A stretch of DNA of 32,000 bases from Corynebacterium glutamicum ATCC 13032 (GTDB lineage Bacteria; Actinomycetota; Actinomycetes; Mycobacteriales; Mycobacteriaceae), in NCBI RefSeq assembly GCF_000011325.1, contig NC_003450.3, positions 1,740,001-1,772,000 of the forward strand. Direction: 5' to 3'. Below the pieces are notes generated by a model. That model was not told the DNA's origin. It made no database searches and was given only the letters and a program-made list of their open reading frames with translations. The translations under genes and the position numbers were made by a program. Within the stretch, counting starts at the first letter, position 1. Every line of letters starts with the position of its first letter. Of the stretch, positions 15,483-23,986 are shown piece after piece.

Positions 15483-17084
15483 TTATTCCTCACTTCTGGA
15501 CCAACGGTCCATGTTCCATCCGATACCGGCTAGGTCTGTATTAACAACAACGTTACCGACTGTGCGATCTATCACAAACACTCGGGGTTGCGCTGCTAGT
15601 GGAATTGATGGGACTTCAGCCCACAATTGTTCTTCAGTGCGCCTCGTCGACTCCGCATCAGTTCCAATGGTATTGGCATTTTCATACTCCCGATGTGGAT
15701 CCACTGTACGCAGAACAGCGTCAAGTGTCCCTTCGAAGTACTGCTCATAGCCCCATTCACTGACTTCGGTTCGACTGAGATCATTAAGACTAACAGCCTC
15801 CTGCGACGCATCGATAACGGTGATACCGGCAGGCTCACAACTTTGGCGAATCGCCTCCACCATTGCAGCCTTGCGCTCATCGGGTCCGTCGTAGCCAATG
15901 CGGATGGATTGACCCGCCAACGCTGATGCGGCATTAATATCCACCGCCATGTGCTGTGCTGGCAGATCACCGATTTGGTGCACGACCGGATTTTGGTGAC
16001 GCACCGAGTGCACACCTACGGCAGGCACATCGATTCCAGAGATGCTTGACGACGCCGCAGCCACCGCTTCCTGGTCAACGCAGGCCGCAAACGCCTGCCG
16101 GGCCTCCGCAGCGTAAAACACACCGGCACTGGCCAAGGTGAGCTGCTCAGTCAAAACACCGACCTCTTCCTTAATGTCATAAGGATTCAATGGGTCATCG
16201 CGATTTACCCACGGCTCGCTCTCCCACGCCACAACATCTGCGATCTGAAGGTTTCCATTATCCGCAATGGCGCTGAGATCCGAGCCTTTAGGCCACATCG
16301 TGATTTCTGCTTCAACCGCCTGGTCGCCACTGTAAAACTCATTGCGTACCAGCTTGACTTCGCCGAATTCACCCACAGAATCCACCTTGTACGGGCCAAA
16401 AGCCGTCTGCAGCTCTGGATCAAACTGGGACAGCTGGAAACCTTCGCTCCACACACGAGCAGGTTCAGTCAACGCTTCAGGATCCTTATCCTTCAACGCC
16501 TGATTAAGCTCCTCCAAGGTCATACCTGCTTTGGAAGCAACGGCATGGGCTGGCAACAAATCGCCCTGCTCAAAAAGATAACGCCAACGCTCACCGAGGT
16601 CTTCCTTGAACACCACGGTGGCTACTTTAGAACCAGATACACAGTCCACTCGCTCAATCTGCGAGGTCAATGGCACATGGGACTGGAACAGTTCCGGCAT
16701 CTGCCCAGCTGTCGCAGAGAGCAGAAAATCATCACACACCACAGGCTGACCATCTGAGTAGGTGGCATCTTCATTGATAGTGTAAATCACCTGGCGGTTA
16801 ATACCCGGCAATACCTGCGTGGAAGCAAGATCAGTGTTGGGAATCATCTGCCCAGAAGGACCCTGAACATACACACCCGGATACACTCTGGCAGCCAAAA
16901 GACCAGCATCATTAGCCACTCCCAACAGCGACGCCGCGTTGGTTGTAGCCAGCGAAGAGTTAACTGCGTAGCCGAAAAGGCTTGTTTGGTGGCTGGTTGG
17001 TTCCGGTTCCCCATCACCACAGCTTGTCATCACTAACGCTGCAACCAACATGATTACCGCGCTGCGTGACTTCCGAAACAACAT
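15483..17084 (-). CDS. Lipoprotein, ABC-type family-5 (peptide/nickel-like) substrate-binding protein homolog; orphan (Rv2585c-type position)
   Basis: I prefer ATG 17084 (MLFRKSRSAVIMLVAALVMTSCGDG), which gives a signal peptide plus a lipobox Cys. The track start at 17228 adds 48 non-signal residues. There is no adjacent permease or ATPase gene. Confidence 0.82.
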   Translation of the reverse strand: MLFRKSRSAVIMLVAALVMTSCGDGEPEPTSHQTSLFGYAVNSSLATTNAASLLGVANDAGLLAARVYPGVYVQGPSGQMIPNTDLASTQVLPGINRQVIYTINEDATYSDGQPVVCDDFLLSATAGQMPELFQSHVPLTSQIERVDCVSGSKVATVVFKEDLGERWRYLFEQGDLLPAHAVASKAGMTLEELNQALKDKDPEALTEPARVWSEGFQLSQFDPELQTAFGPYKVDSVGEFGEVKLVRNEFYSGDQAVEAEITMWPKGSDLSAIADNGNLQIADVVAWESEPWVNRDDPLNPYDIKEEVGVLTEQLTLASAGVFYAAEARQAFAACVDQEAVAAASSSISGIDVPAVGVHSVRHQNPVVHQIGDLPAQHMAVDINAASALAGQSIRIGYDGPDERKAAMVEAIRQSCEPAGITVIDASQEAVSLNDLSRTEVSEWGYEQYFEGTLDAVLRTVDPHREYENANTIGTDAESTRRTEEQLWAEVPSIPLAAQPRVFVIDRTVGNVVVNTDLAGIGWNMDRWSRSEE

Positions 17085-17127
17085 GTGTGAAGTACCCAGC
17101 CTTTCCCCGAATCGTAATAGGACTGTA

Positions 17128-17158
17128 ATTATACGGTTTTTGCCCCGGCGACAACCAA
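17128..17158 (-). promoter_or_regulatory. Candidate promoter of the lipoprotein gene (perfect TATAAT -10)
   Basis: On the minus strand the sequence reads ...TTGGTTGTCGCCGGGGCAAAAACCGTATAATT... TATAAT corresponds to plus 17133..17128, 44 nt upstream of ATG 17084. The -35 is weak. Confidence 0.35.
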
Positions 17159-17232
17159 ATCTGGCAATACCTATATAACGACGTCCCGTAGCCGAATGTC
17201 TCCCCCCGTTACTTAAGTTCGAGATCACATGT

Positions 17233-17497
17233 TCAATTTCTCGGGCTCAATACCTTGCGCTCAATTTCCCAAACTCAATTTCAGTCGGTTTTTGGTGCTT
17301 TTCCTAGCGGTCTCGAACATAAGAAATTGAGCGTGAGGTATCGAAGGTGAGAAATCGAACTTAAGGCGGCGACATCTCAACCTACGACACCGCAGATTAC
17401 GAGACCTCAACCTACGACTTCGCGTGCTCAACTTCTCATGAGCCGACTTCACTGGATAAAAACGGCAAATCCGACTGAAGTCGACCACGTGAAGTCG
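17233..17497. repeat. Cluster of short direct and inverted repeats in the secF-lipoprotein intergenic region
   Basis: TCAATTTC occurs at 17233, 17261 and 17275. Its inverse GAAATTGA is at 17323; CGCTCAATTTC at 17258-17268 and GAAATTGAGCG at 17323-17333 form an 11-bp inverted repeat. CTCAACCTACGAC is at 17376 and 17406. CGACTTC is at 17415 and 17444, and GAAGTCG at 17477 and 17491. Confidence 0.85.
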
Positions 17498-17530
17498 TCG
17501 TTTGGGAACATCGTGAGTCATAGACGCACA

Positions 17531-17567
17531 AAAAAAATCCCGCAGAACGCGAGTCTGCGGGATTTTT
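17531..17567 (-). terminator. Rho-independent terminator of secF (symmetric A7/T5 flanks)
   Basis: Stem ATCCCGCAGA (17537-17546) pairs with TCTGCGGGAT (17554-17563), with a 7-nt loop. On the minus strand it is followed by a T7 run, 19 nt after the secF stop. Confidence 0.8.
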
Positions 17568-17585
17568 CTTCGTTCTCCAATTGGT

Positions 17586-18797
17586 TTAGCTTCTGCCTGG
17601 TCGCCAGGTTCCGCTTGATCGGTGATCATCCACAATGGGTTTGCTTACTGTACGTTTTGCAGGTGCTTCGGGGGTCACACCGTCAGTGTCGCTTTCGGTG
17701 CCGTGCGCGGAGGCGTCGGCGTTGGTGTGTGGGGTGGCGTCGATAAGCGTGCTTTGGCCGTCGCGCAACTTCATAACGGAAGCGGTGTGCGCTTTGGTTT
17801 TGCTCAGGCGGTTTTTCAGGCTGACCAGCAGTGGGGTTGCCAGGAAGACGGAGGAGAAGGTGCCTTCGATGACGCCGATCAGCTGGATCAGTGCGAGGTC
17901 TTTGAGGGTGCCAACACCCATCATCCAGACGGCGACAACCATCAAAGCGATGATCGGAAGTGCAGAGATGATTGTCGTGGAGATCGAACGCATGAAGGTC
18001 TGGTTGACCGCCAGGTTGGCTTGTTCGGCGTAGGTTCGTCTGCGGCTGCCTTCGAAGCCTTCGGTGTTTTCTCTGACCTTGTCAAAGACCACGACGGTGT
18101 CGTAGATGGAGAAGGTCAGCACGGTGAGCAGACCGATGACGGTTGCTGGGGATACTTCGAGGCCGATGACGGCGTAGATGCCGGCGATGACGATGCCGTC
18201 AACAACCAATGCTGCCATGGCGGCGATGGCCATTTCACGCTCGAGGCGGAAAGCAATGTAGATCGCTGCAATAACCAGGAAGGCAATCAGAGCCAACACC
18301 ATGCGTTGGGTGATGGTGGAACCCCATGATTCCGACACCGTGGAATTACCGATGGCATCTGGGCTTGGCTGGCCCTCAGAGTTTAGGGGTTGGTATTCCT
18401 CGTAGATCGCCAGGCGGGCTTTTTCTACATCCTCATCGCTGAGTCGCTCGGAGTAGATCTCCAGGGTGCGGGCGTCGCCGGAACCGACGATCTGCACGAT
18501 TTCCGGAGTAATGCCGGTGGCTTCAGTAAAGGTTTCCTCCACCTGTTCGGTGGAGTAATCCGATGCTGGCATGCTCATCTTGGTACCGCCCTGGAAATCG
18601 ATGCTCAGGGAGAAGCCACGGATGGCGATGAACAGGATCGAGATAACCAGCAAAATGCCGGTGATCCAGTACCACAGTTTGGTTTTGGCGATGAAGTCAA
18701 TGCCGCCGTCACCGGTGTAGAGGCTGTTGAACCAACTGCGTTTTTTGGCTGGTTTTACGCTCTGAGTTGACAGTGATTCAGTCTGGGAATCAGTCAT
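17586..18797 (-). CDS. secF: Protein translocase subunit SecF
   Basis: 403 aa with a SecF TM core ('IDFQGGT', 'FDKVRE' motifs) and a C-terminal hydrophilic tail. It starts 2 nt after the secD stop. Confidence 0.95.
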   Translation of the reverse strand: MTDSQTESLSTQSVKPAKKRSWFNSLYTGDGGIDFIAKTKLWYWITGILLVISILFIAIRGFSLSIDFQGGTKMSMPASDYSTEQVEETFTEATGITPEIVQIVGSGDARTLEIYSERLSDEDVEKARLAIYEEYQPLNSEGQPSPDAIGNSTVSESWGSTITQRMVLALIAFLVIAAIYIAFRLEREMAIAAMAALVVDGIVIAGIYAVIGLEVSPATVIGLLTVLTFSIYDTVVVFDKVRENTEGFEGSRRRTYAEQANLAVNQTFMRSISTTIISALPIIALMVVAVWMMGVGTLKDLALIQLIGVIEGTFSSVFLATPLLVSLKNRLSKTKAHTASVMKLRDGQSTLIDATPHTNADASAHGTESDTDGVTPEAPAKRTVSKPIVDDHRSSGTWRPGRS

Positions 18798-18799
18798 GG

Positions 18800-20713
18800 C
18801 TACTTCTCCTCCTCTTGGTTCGTATCGGTGCCAGGTGCTTCAGAATTGTCAGTGGAAGAATTGTCAGTGGAAGCCTTATCAGCTGCCGCATTCTTGGCAT
18901 GGATCTTTTTCAGGTACTCAGGCTCATCCAATTCACCGTTGGCGCGGCGTTCTTCAACGAGCTTCATCACTCGTCCCATGCCGTTGACCGATGACTTGGC
19001 AAAGAATGGGTTGCGTGATGCCAGGATAACCAGTGGTGCCGTGATCAGGAAGGTGACAACGAGATCGAATACGGTGGTCAGACCCAGGGTGAAGGCAAAG
19101 CCCTTGACTTCGCCGACCGCGAGCAAGTAAATCACGATAGCGCCGAGCAAAGTGACCATGTTGCCTGTGACGATGGTGCGCTTGGCGCTTTCCCATGCAC
19201 GAGGTACTGCAGATCTAAAGGATCTTCCTTCACGGATCTCATCCTTGATGCGCTCATAGAACACCACGAAGGAGTCGGCGGTGGTACCGATACCGATGAT
19301 CAAACCGGCGATACCAGCAAGGTCTAGGGAATATCCGATCCAGCGTCCCAGCAGTACCAGAAGGCCGTAGACCAACACGCCTGCGGCAAACAGGGTGAAC
19401 AGGGAAACGAATCCGAAGACGCGGTAGTAGGCGAACACGAAGATGGCGACCAGCGCGATGCCGACGATGCCTGCGATCAGTCCGGCCTTCAAGGATGCTG
19501 CGCCTAGTGATGGCGGAACGGTGGTGGTAGTTCCGCCGCGCTCGCCGTTTTCACCTGCGAAGCTCAGGGGCAATGCACCGTAGCGCAGGTTGTTCGCCAG
19601 ATCTTGGGCTTCAGTTTGAGTGAAGTCACCGGTGATGGATGTTGCAGAACCCACAGGGGTTGCTGACTGAATCACGGGTGCAGAAATCACCTGAGAGTCC
19701 AGGGTGATGGCGATCTGCTGCTGCAGGTACTGGCTGGTCAGAGAGGACCAAGTTGCAGAGCCTTCTTCCCCATCGCCGGATTTGAAGGCAAAGCTGATTT
19801 CCATCTGGCCGGACTGGGCGTTGAATCCACCGGTGATGGGACGGTTGGTATCGATCTCATTACCGGTTAGGCGCGCACCATTTTCCTCATCGGTTTCGCC
19901 GTTGAGCAAAGGTGCAGGATCAAGTACATACACGCCACCTACAGCTGGATCACATGCCACCAATGGCAGGCGTGGATCATCGGTGCCGGCCAAAGGATCC
20001 ATCTCATCAGTGGTGCACTGCATCAAAGAACTTGCAGCGATCTGGACAGTGGGATCGGTGGACTGGCGGTCGGTGCGCAGCATGTCCGTGATTTCCTGGC
20101 GTCGCTGTGTTGCCTCAATGGAGTTGGCTGGCTCATCCATAGGGGTCGCCGACACGGTGACGGGTTCTGGCTCAGTTGCTTCTTCGCCTTCCACCGCAGT
20201 GGTCGATGCAACAGCGGTGTTCATTTCCTCCAAGGAGGCATTTGCCTGCTCTTCGGTGATGACGCCGTATTCAACCCACCTGTTGGCCATCTCTTCCAGC
20301 TCTGGCATCAACGTGGTCATATCGGGCATTCCTGCCTGACCAACGGGACGGAACAGCAGCTGGGAGGTCTGTCCTAGGGATTGCGCCTGTGCGGTATTTT
20401 CCCCGGGAACAGTGATCACCAGCGTGTTACCGTCAGCGACCACGCTTGCACCTGAAACGCCCATGCCGTTCACACGGTTTTCCAGAATGGTGCGTGCCTG
20501 ATTCAGCTGGTCCTGAGTTGGATCCTGCCCCTGCGGCACGAGGGTCACTCGGGTTCCGCCTTGCAGATCAATACCCAATTTTGGTGTGGCAGAACGATCG
20601 CCTGTCAACAGCACCAACGCATAAACACCAACGACGATGAGCACAAACAACGCTATTGCGCGTTTTGGCCATCGTTCCCAGGCGCTAGCGGCACTCTTTT
20701 TTTGCCGAGCCAA
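18800..20713 (-). CDS. secD: Protein translocase subunit SecD
   Basis: The track ORF is 18800..20734 (TTG). I prefer TTG 20713 because GAAGGAG lies 6 nt upstream of it. 'GIDLQGGT', a large periplasmic domain and the C-terminal 6-TM core are present. Confidence 0.92.
   Translation of the reverse strand: MARQKKSAASAWERWPKRAIALFVLIVVGVYALVLLTGDRSATPKLGIDLQGGTRVTLVPQGQDPTQDQLNQARTILENRVNGMGVSGASVVADGNTLVITVPGENTAQAQSLGQTSQLLFRPVGQAGMPDMTTLMPELEEMANRWVEYGVITEEQANASLEEMNTAVASTTAVEGEEATEPEPVTVSATPMDEPANSIEATQRRQEITDMLRTDRQSTDPTVQIAASSLMQCTTDEMDPLAGTDDPRLPLVACDPAVGGVYVLDPAPLLNGETDEENGARLTGNEIDTNRPITGGFNAQSGQMEISFAFKSGDGEEGSATWSSLTSQYLQQQIAITLDSQVISAPVIQSATPVGSATSITGDFTQTEAQDLANNLRYGALPLSFAGENGERGGTTTTVPPSLGAASLKAGLIAGIVGIALVAIFVFAYYRVFGFVSLFTLFAAGVLVYGLLVLLGRWIGYSLDLAGIAGLIIGIGTTADSFVVFYERIKDEIREGRSFRSAVPRAWESAKRTIVTGNMVTLLGAIVIYLLAVGEVKGFAFTLGLTTVFDLVVTFLITAPLVILASRNPFFAKSSVNGMGRVMKLVEERRANGELDEPEYLKKIHAKNAAADKASTDNSSTDNSEAPGTDTNQEEEK
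18843..18872 (-). repeat. Perfect 15-bp tandem duplication in the secD 3' end (plus strand GAATTGTCAGTGGAA x2), encoding the repeated STDNS-STDNS of the tail
   Basis: Read directly. The SecD tail reads ...ADKASTDNSSTDNSEAPG... Confidence 0.9.
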
Positions 20714-20779
20714 GAAAGTCTCCTTCAATTCCAATCAACCAGACAACCACGCTTGTCGACGCCCACCCACTCCATGCGC

Positions 20780-20811
20780 CACTCACCCACGCCAGGTGGC
20801 GTGGGTGAGTG
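20780..20811. repeat. Perfect 14-bp-arm palindrome (CACTCACCCACGCC-AGGT-GGCGTGGGTGAGTG) upstream of secD
   Basis: Read directly. There is no T/U tract on either side. It lies about 45-70 nt upstream of the secD start candidates. Confidence 0.85.
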
Positions 20812-20940
20812 CGACACGAGCGAGAAAGGCAAAGTAACGGTGCCTTCGGGATAGTGTTTAACCCAAAACATGCTACGCCATCTGCGTAGTTTTGCCTTCC
20901 CATACCCCTGTGAGTCTGGCTACCAATATGAGTAGATATA

Positions 20941-20986
20941 TAAACAGCACCCTTGCCCACAGAAAGTAATGAGCAAAAGGGTGCTG
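20941..20986 (-). terminator. Probable terminator of yajC
   Basis: Stem CAGCACCCTT (20945-20954) pairs with AAGGGTGCTG (20977-20986), 15 nt after the yajC stop. On the minus strand it is followed by TTTATATAT. Confidence 0.55.
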
Positions 20987-21001
20987 AATTATTATTAATT
21001 T

Positions 21002-21367
21002 CTAACGATTCTCAGGATGTCCGTCAGTGCGTCCATCGAAACCATCGTTCGGCTGATCGTCTTCTGGCTGATCAAACAGCGTCGGCTCATCCAACATCTG
21101 AGGTTCATTGGCCTTGGACAGCACACGCACGATAGCAAGCTTTTCAAAAGTGCTGATCATACCCGGCGCGATCTCTAGATCAACGGTTTCTGCAGTGGTG
21201 GAAATGACCGTTGCGTGCTGTCCCGCGGTGGTGACGATGCGGTCGCCTGGGACGACAGAGTCCTGCAGCTTTTGGATTTCAGTCATCCGTGCGCGCTGGC
21301 GGCGGCTCATGAGGAAAGTGGGAACGATAAAAATGGCTAGAAGAATTATGAGGAAAACGATGTCCAT
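21002..21367 (-). CDS. yajC: Preprotein translocase subunit YajC
   Basis: 121 aa with a single N-terminal TM. 'RRQRARMTEIQKLQDSVVPGDRIVTTAGQHATV' matches the YajC core. An acidic C-terminal tail follows. Confidence 0.9.
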   Translation of the reverse strand: MDIVFLIILLAIFIVPTFLMSRRQRARMTEIQKLQDSVVPGDRIVTTAGQHATVISTTAETVDLEIAPGMISTFEKLAIVRVLSKANEPQMLDEPTLFDQPEDDQPNDGFDGRTDGHPENR

Positions 21368-21415
21368 GGTTAGTTAGTTTGCCAGACCATGGAACATCCT
21401 GGCCACCTAAGGTGG

Positions 21416-22507
21416 CTAATAATCGCCGATGGTGCCTTCTGGTGGTTCCAGCCCCAGGTGTCTCCATGCAGCTGCGGTTGCCACGCGTCCCCGTCCGGTT
21501 CGTGCAATCATGCCGGCACGCACCAAATAGGGCTCGCATACTTCTTCCACAGTGCCGGGTTCTTCACCAACTGCAACCGCGAGTGTGTTCACGCCAACAG
21601 GGCCTCCGCCATGTCCGCGGATCAAGGCATCAAGCACTGCCCTATCCAGGCGATCGAGTCCGACTTCATCGACATCGAATACAATCAGCGCAGCATTGGC
21701 AGCACCCATCGTGATGTGACCATCCGCATGAACTTCAGCGAAGTCACGGACTCGACGAAGCAGTCGGTTAGCAATACGAGGAGTACCACGAGACCGCGAG
21801 GCAATTTCCACGGCGGCATCGTTGTCGATTCCGACATCGAGGATCTTAGCTGTTCGTTTCACCACTTTGGTCAGATCAGGCACATCGTAGAATTCCATCT
21901 GCGCGGTAAAACCGAAACGGTCACGCAGTGGGCCGGTGAGCATGCCCGACCTGGTGGTTGCACCAACGAGGGTAAAGGGTGGGATCTCCAGCGGGATTGA
22001 GGTAGCGCCAGGACCCTTACCGACGATGACATCGATCCGGAAATCTTCCATCGCCATGTACAGCATTTCCTCGGCAGGACGTGCGATGCGGTGAATCTCA
22101 TCAATAAACAGCACGTCCCCTTCCATGAGGTTGGACAGCATGGCAGCCAGATCGCCTGCGCGTTCCAAGGCTGGGCCTGAGGTCATACGCAAACTGGTGC
22201 CCAACTCCTGGGCGATAATCATCGCCATGGTGGTCTTACCCAGGCCAGGAGGGCCAGACAACAACACGTGATCGGGAACCACACCACGGTTTTTCGCACC
22301 GGTAAGCACCAAACTAAGCTGATCGCGCACCTTCGGCTGGCCGATAAACTCAGTCAAAGACTTCGGACGAAGTGTTACTTCCGCATCGTATTCATCAGGC
22401 TTCAGGTTCGCATCTACGTTGGTATCAGCTGCACGGCCTTGACCACCGTTTCGACGAGGTGGAATTCCTCCCGGAATTTCAAACTCTGTTCTTTCCACAT
22501 CGGACAT
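21416..22507 (-). CDS. ruvB: Holliday junction branch migration DNA helicase RuvB
   Basis: 363 aa. Walker A 'GPPGLGKTT', Walker B 'VLFIDEIHR', and the RuvB sensor and winged-helix regions are present. Confidence 0.97.
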
Positions 22508-22513
22508 GAGGGT

Positions 22514-23134
22514 CTACTTTCCGCTGAGTTTTGCCAATGCGGCACGAAGCGCGCCACTGGTGTCCAAGGATGGATCCGCCGCCAGCACAAAGCTCACTGC
22601 ATCATCTGATTGCTTCTCGCTAAAGCCCAACCCCACCAGCGCTTGAGAAACCTGCTCCACAACCACCTCAGAAGCAATGTTCGCGTTAGGCAAGGAAATT
22701 TGCTCCCCTCCCTCATCCACGACACCGGCAGCAAAAGCTGCGACCTTGCCTTTAAGCTCCACGATGAGACGATCTGCCATGCGCTTTCCCACACCCGGAA
22801 CCCGCTGCAAAGTTTTGGCATCGGCATTGGTGATCGCCTGAGAAATCTCCAGTGGGCTCAACACCGATTCACATGCCAAGGCCAGGCGTGGACCCAATCC
22901 AGATACTGTTTGCAACACGGAAAACATCTCACGTGATTCATTGTCAATAAACCCATAGAGTTTCATCGCGTCTTCGCGGACCACCATGGTGGTCAACACC
23001 AGTGCTTCCTCACCGCGGACCAACTGTGACAAGGTGTTCGGTGTGGTGACAACCTCATAGCCCACGCCATTGCATTCAATGACAGCAGAGCTCAGACCAA
23101 TGTTGATAACAGTGCCACGAAGTGAGGCAATCAT
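22514..23134 (-). CDS. ruvA: Holliday junction branch migration complex subunit RuvA
   Basis: 206 aa. 'MIASLRGTV...GVGYEV' is the OB-fold N-terminus. The HhH motifs 'VSGLGPRLA' and 'VPGVGKRMADR' are present. Confidence 0.95.
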   Translation of the reverse strand: MIASLRGTVINIGLSSAVIECNGVGYEVVTTPNTLSQLVRGEEALVLTTMVVREDAMKLYGFIDNESREMFSVLQTVSGLGPRLALACESVLSPLEISQAITNADAKTLQRVPGVGKRMADRLIVELKGKVAAFAAGVVDEGGEQISLPNANIASEVVVEQVSQALVGLGFSEKQSDDAVSFVLAADPSLDTSGALRAALAKLSGK

Positions 23135-23173
23135 GAAGACACTCCTGAAAAATGTACTAGAACTTTTTAAAAA

Positions 23174-23839
23174 CTAATTGGTGTCAGTTCGTTGAAACTG
23201 ACTGGGATGAGCCGCTTTAGCAGGATCGGATGCATGGGATTGAGCTTGTTCCGCATTGTAAGTTGATTTCGCTTTACCCAATTTTCCTTGCTGCACACGC
23301 CGTCGCTTTTCCAACTCTTGCTCGGAGTACTGCGATTGCGCCCGCATAAGCATTGGCGCCCGCCAGCAGTGACACACCGCCAACGATAAAGCATCAGCGG
23401 CGTCAGCAGGTTTGGGTGGCTCACCAAGGCCCAGAATTCGAGTGATCATGACCGTCATCTGTTTCTTATCAGCGCGACCATTACCGGAGATAGCCTTTTT
23501 CACCTCACTGGGGGTGTACATGTGAACTGGCAATCCGCGTTCAGCAGCAGCCAAGATCAACACACCCACCGCATGCGCAGTGTTCATCACGGTGGAAACA
23601 TTTCCGCGCTCAAAGACACGCTCAATAGCAATGACATCTGGGGTGTACTCATCCATCCACTCACCCACTGCTTTGCTGAGCCGAAGCAACCGCTCCGCCA
23701 ACTCCGCATCTGGTGGGGTGCGCACCACGCCCACCGACACTGGATACACGGTACGACCACGACCTGCTTGAACCACAGATAAGCCACAACGGGTAAGACC
23801 TGGGTCAATGCCCATTACCCGAAGCCCTTCGTGGTTCAT
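23174..23839 (-). CDS. ruvC: Crossover junction endodeoxyribonuclease RuvC (with a ~50-aa low-complexity C-terminal extension)
   Basis: 221 aa. '[12 protein letters not shown]' is the catalytic N-terminus and '[12 protein letters not shown]' the C-terminal catalytic Asp block. Confidence 0.95.
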   Translation of the reverse strand: MNHEGLRVMGIDPGLTRCGLSVVQAGRGRTVYPVSVGVVRTPPDAELAERLLRLSKAVGEWMDEYTPDVIAIERVFERGNVSTVMNTAHAVGVLILAAAERGLPVHMYTPSEVKKAISGNGRADKKQMTVMITRILGLGEPPKPADAADALSLAVCHCWRAPMLMRAQSQYSEQELEKRRRVQQGKLGKAKSTYNAEQAQSHASDPAKAAHPSQFQRTDTN

Positions 23840-23852
23840 ATTCGTGTCCTCA

Positions 23853-23874
23853 CTGATTCGTCGCTGATTCGTCG
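23853..23874. repeat. Perfect 11-bp tandem repeat (CTGATTCGTCG x2) 14 nt upstream of the ruvC start
   Basis: Read directly: 23853-23863 and 23864-23874, followed by a partial third copy, CTG. Confidence 0.9.
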
Positions 23875-23920
23875 CTGTGCAGTTGCTATTCCATACTCAT
23901 TTTTAGCACACAATTGCGAT

Positions 23921-23964
23921 CACCCCGCTATCCTCTGCGTTTTAGCTGCAGGGATAGCGGGGTG
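23921..23964 (-). terminator. Stem-loop immediately downstream of the yebC-family gene (I-shaped, no U tract)
   Basis: CACCCCGCTATCC (23921-23933) pairs with GGATAGCGGGGTG (23952-23964), and inner CTGC pairs with GCAG. It starts 23 nt after the stop at 23987. No T run follows, so terminator function is uncertain. Confidence 0.45.
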
Positions 23965-23986
23965 AACGGAGTGCGGAAAATACGAA

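Noticed and set aside
17261-17635. 124-aa minus-strand ORF spanning the secF 3' end and the intergenic repeats
   Set aside because: It reads through the secF terminator hairpin and overlaps secF. Its Arg-rich repeats (RRLRSRNLRCRRLRCRRL) are simply the translated DNA repeats, and it has no SD sequence. The DNA repeats themselves are reported as a finding.
17622-20339. Plus-strand ORFs antisense to secF and secD (17622..18329, 18390..18770, 19704..20339)
   Set aside because: Shadow frames of membrane-protein genes with Gly/Asp/Val-rich nonsense composition and no start context.
21389-22000. 203-aa plus-strand ORF antisense to ruvB
   Set aside because: It overlaps the RuvB AAA+ core and is a shadow ORF without motifs.
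23840-23986. LexA/SOS box upstream of ruvC
   Set aside because: I looked for TCGAAC-N4-GTTCGA-like dyads on both strands and found only the direct ACGAAT repeats. There is no inverted half-site pair.
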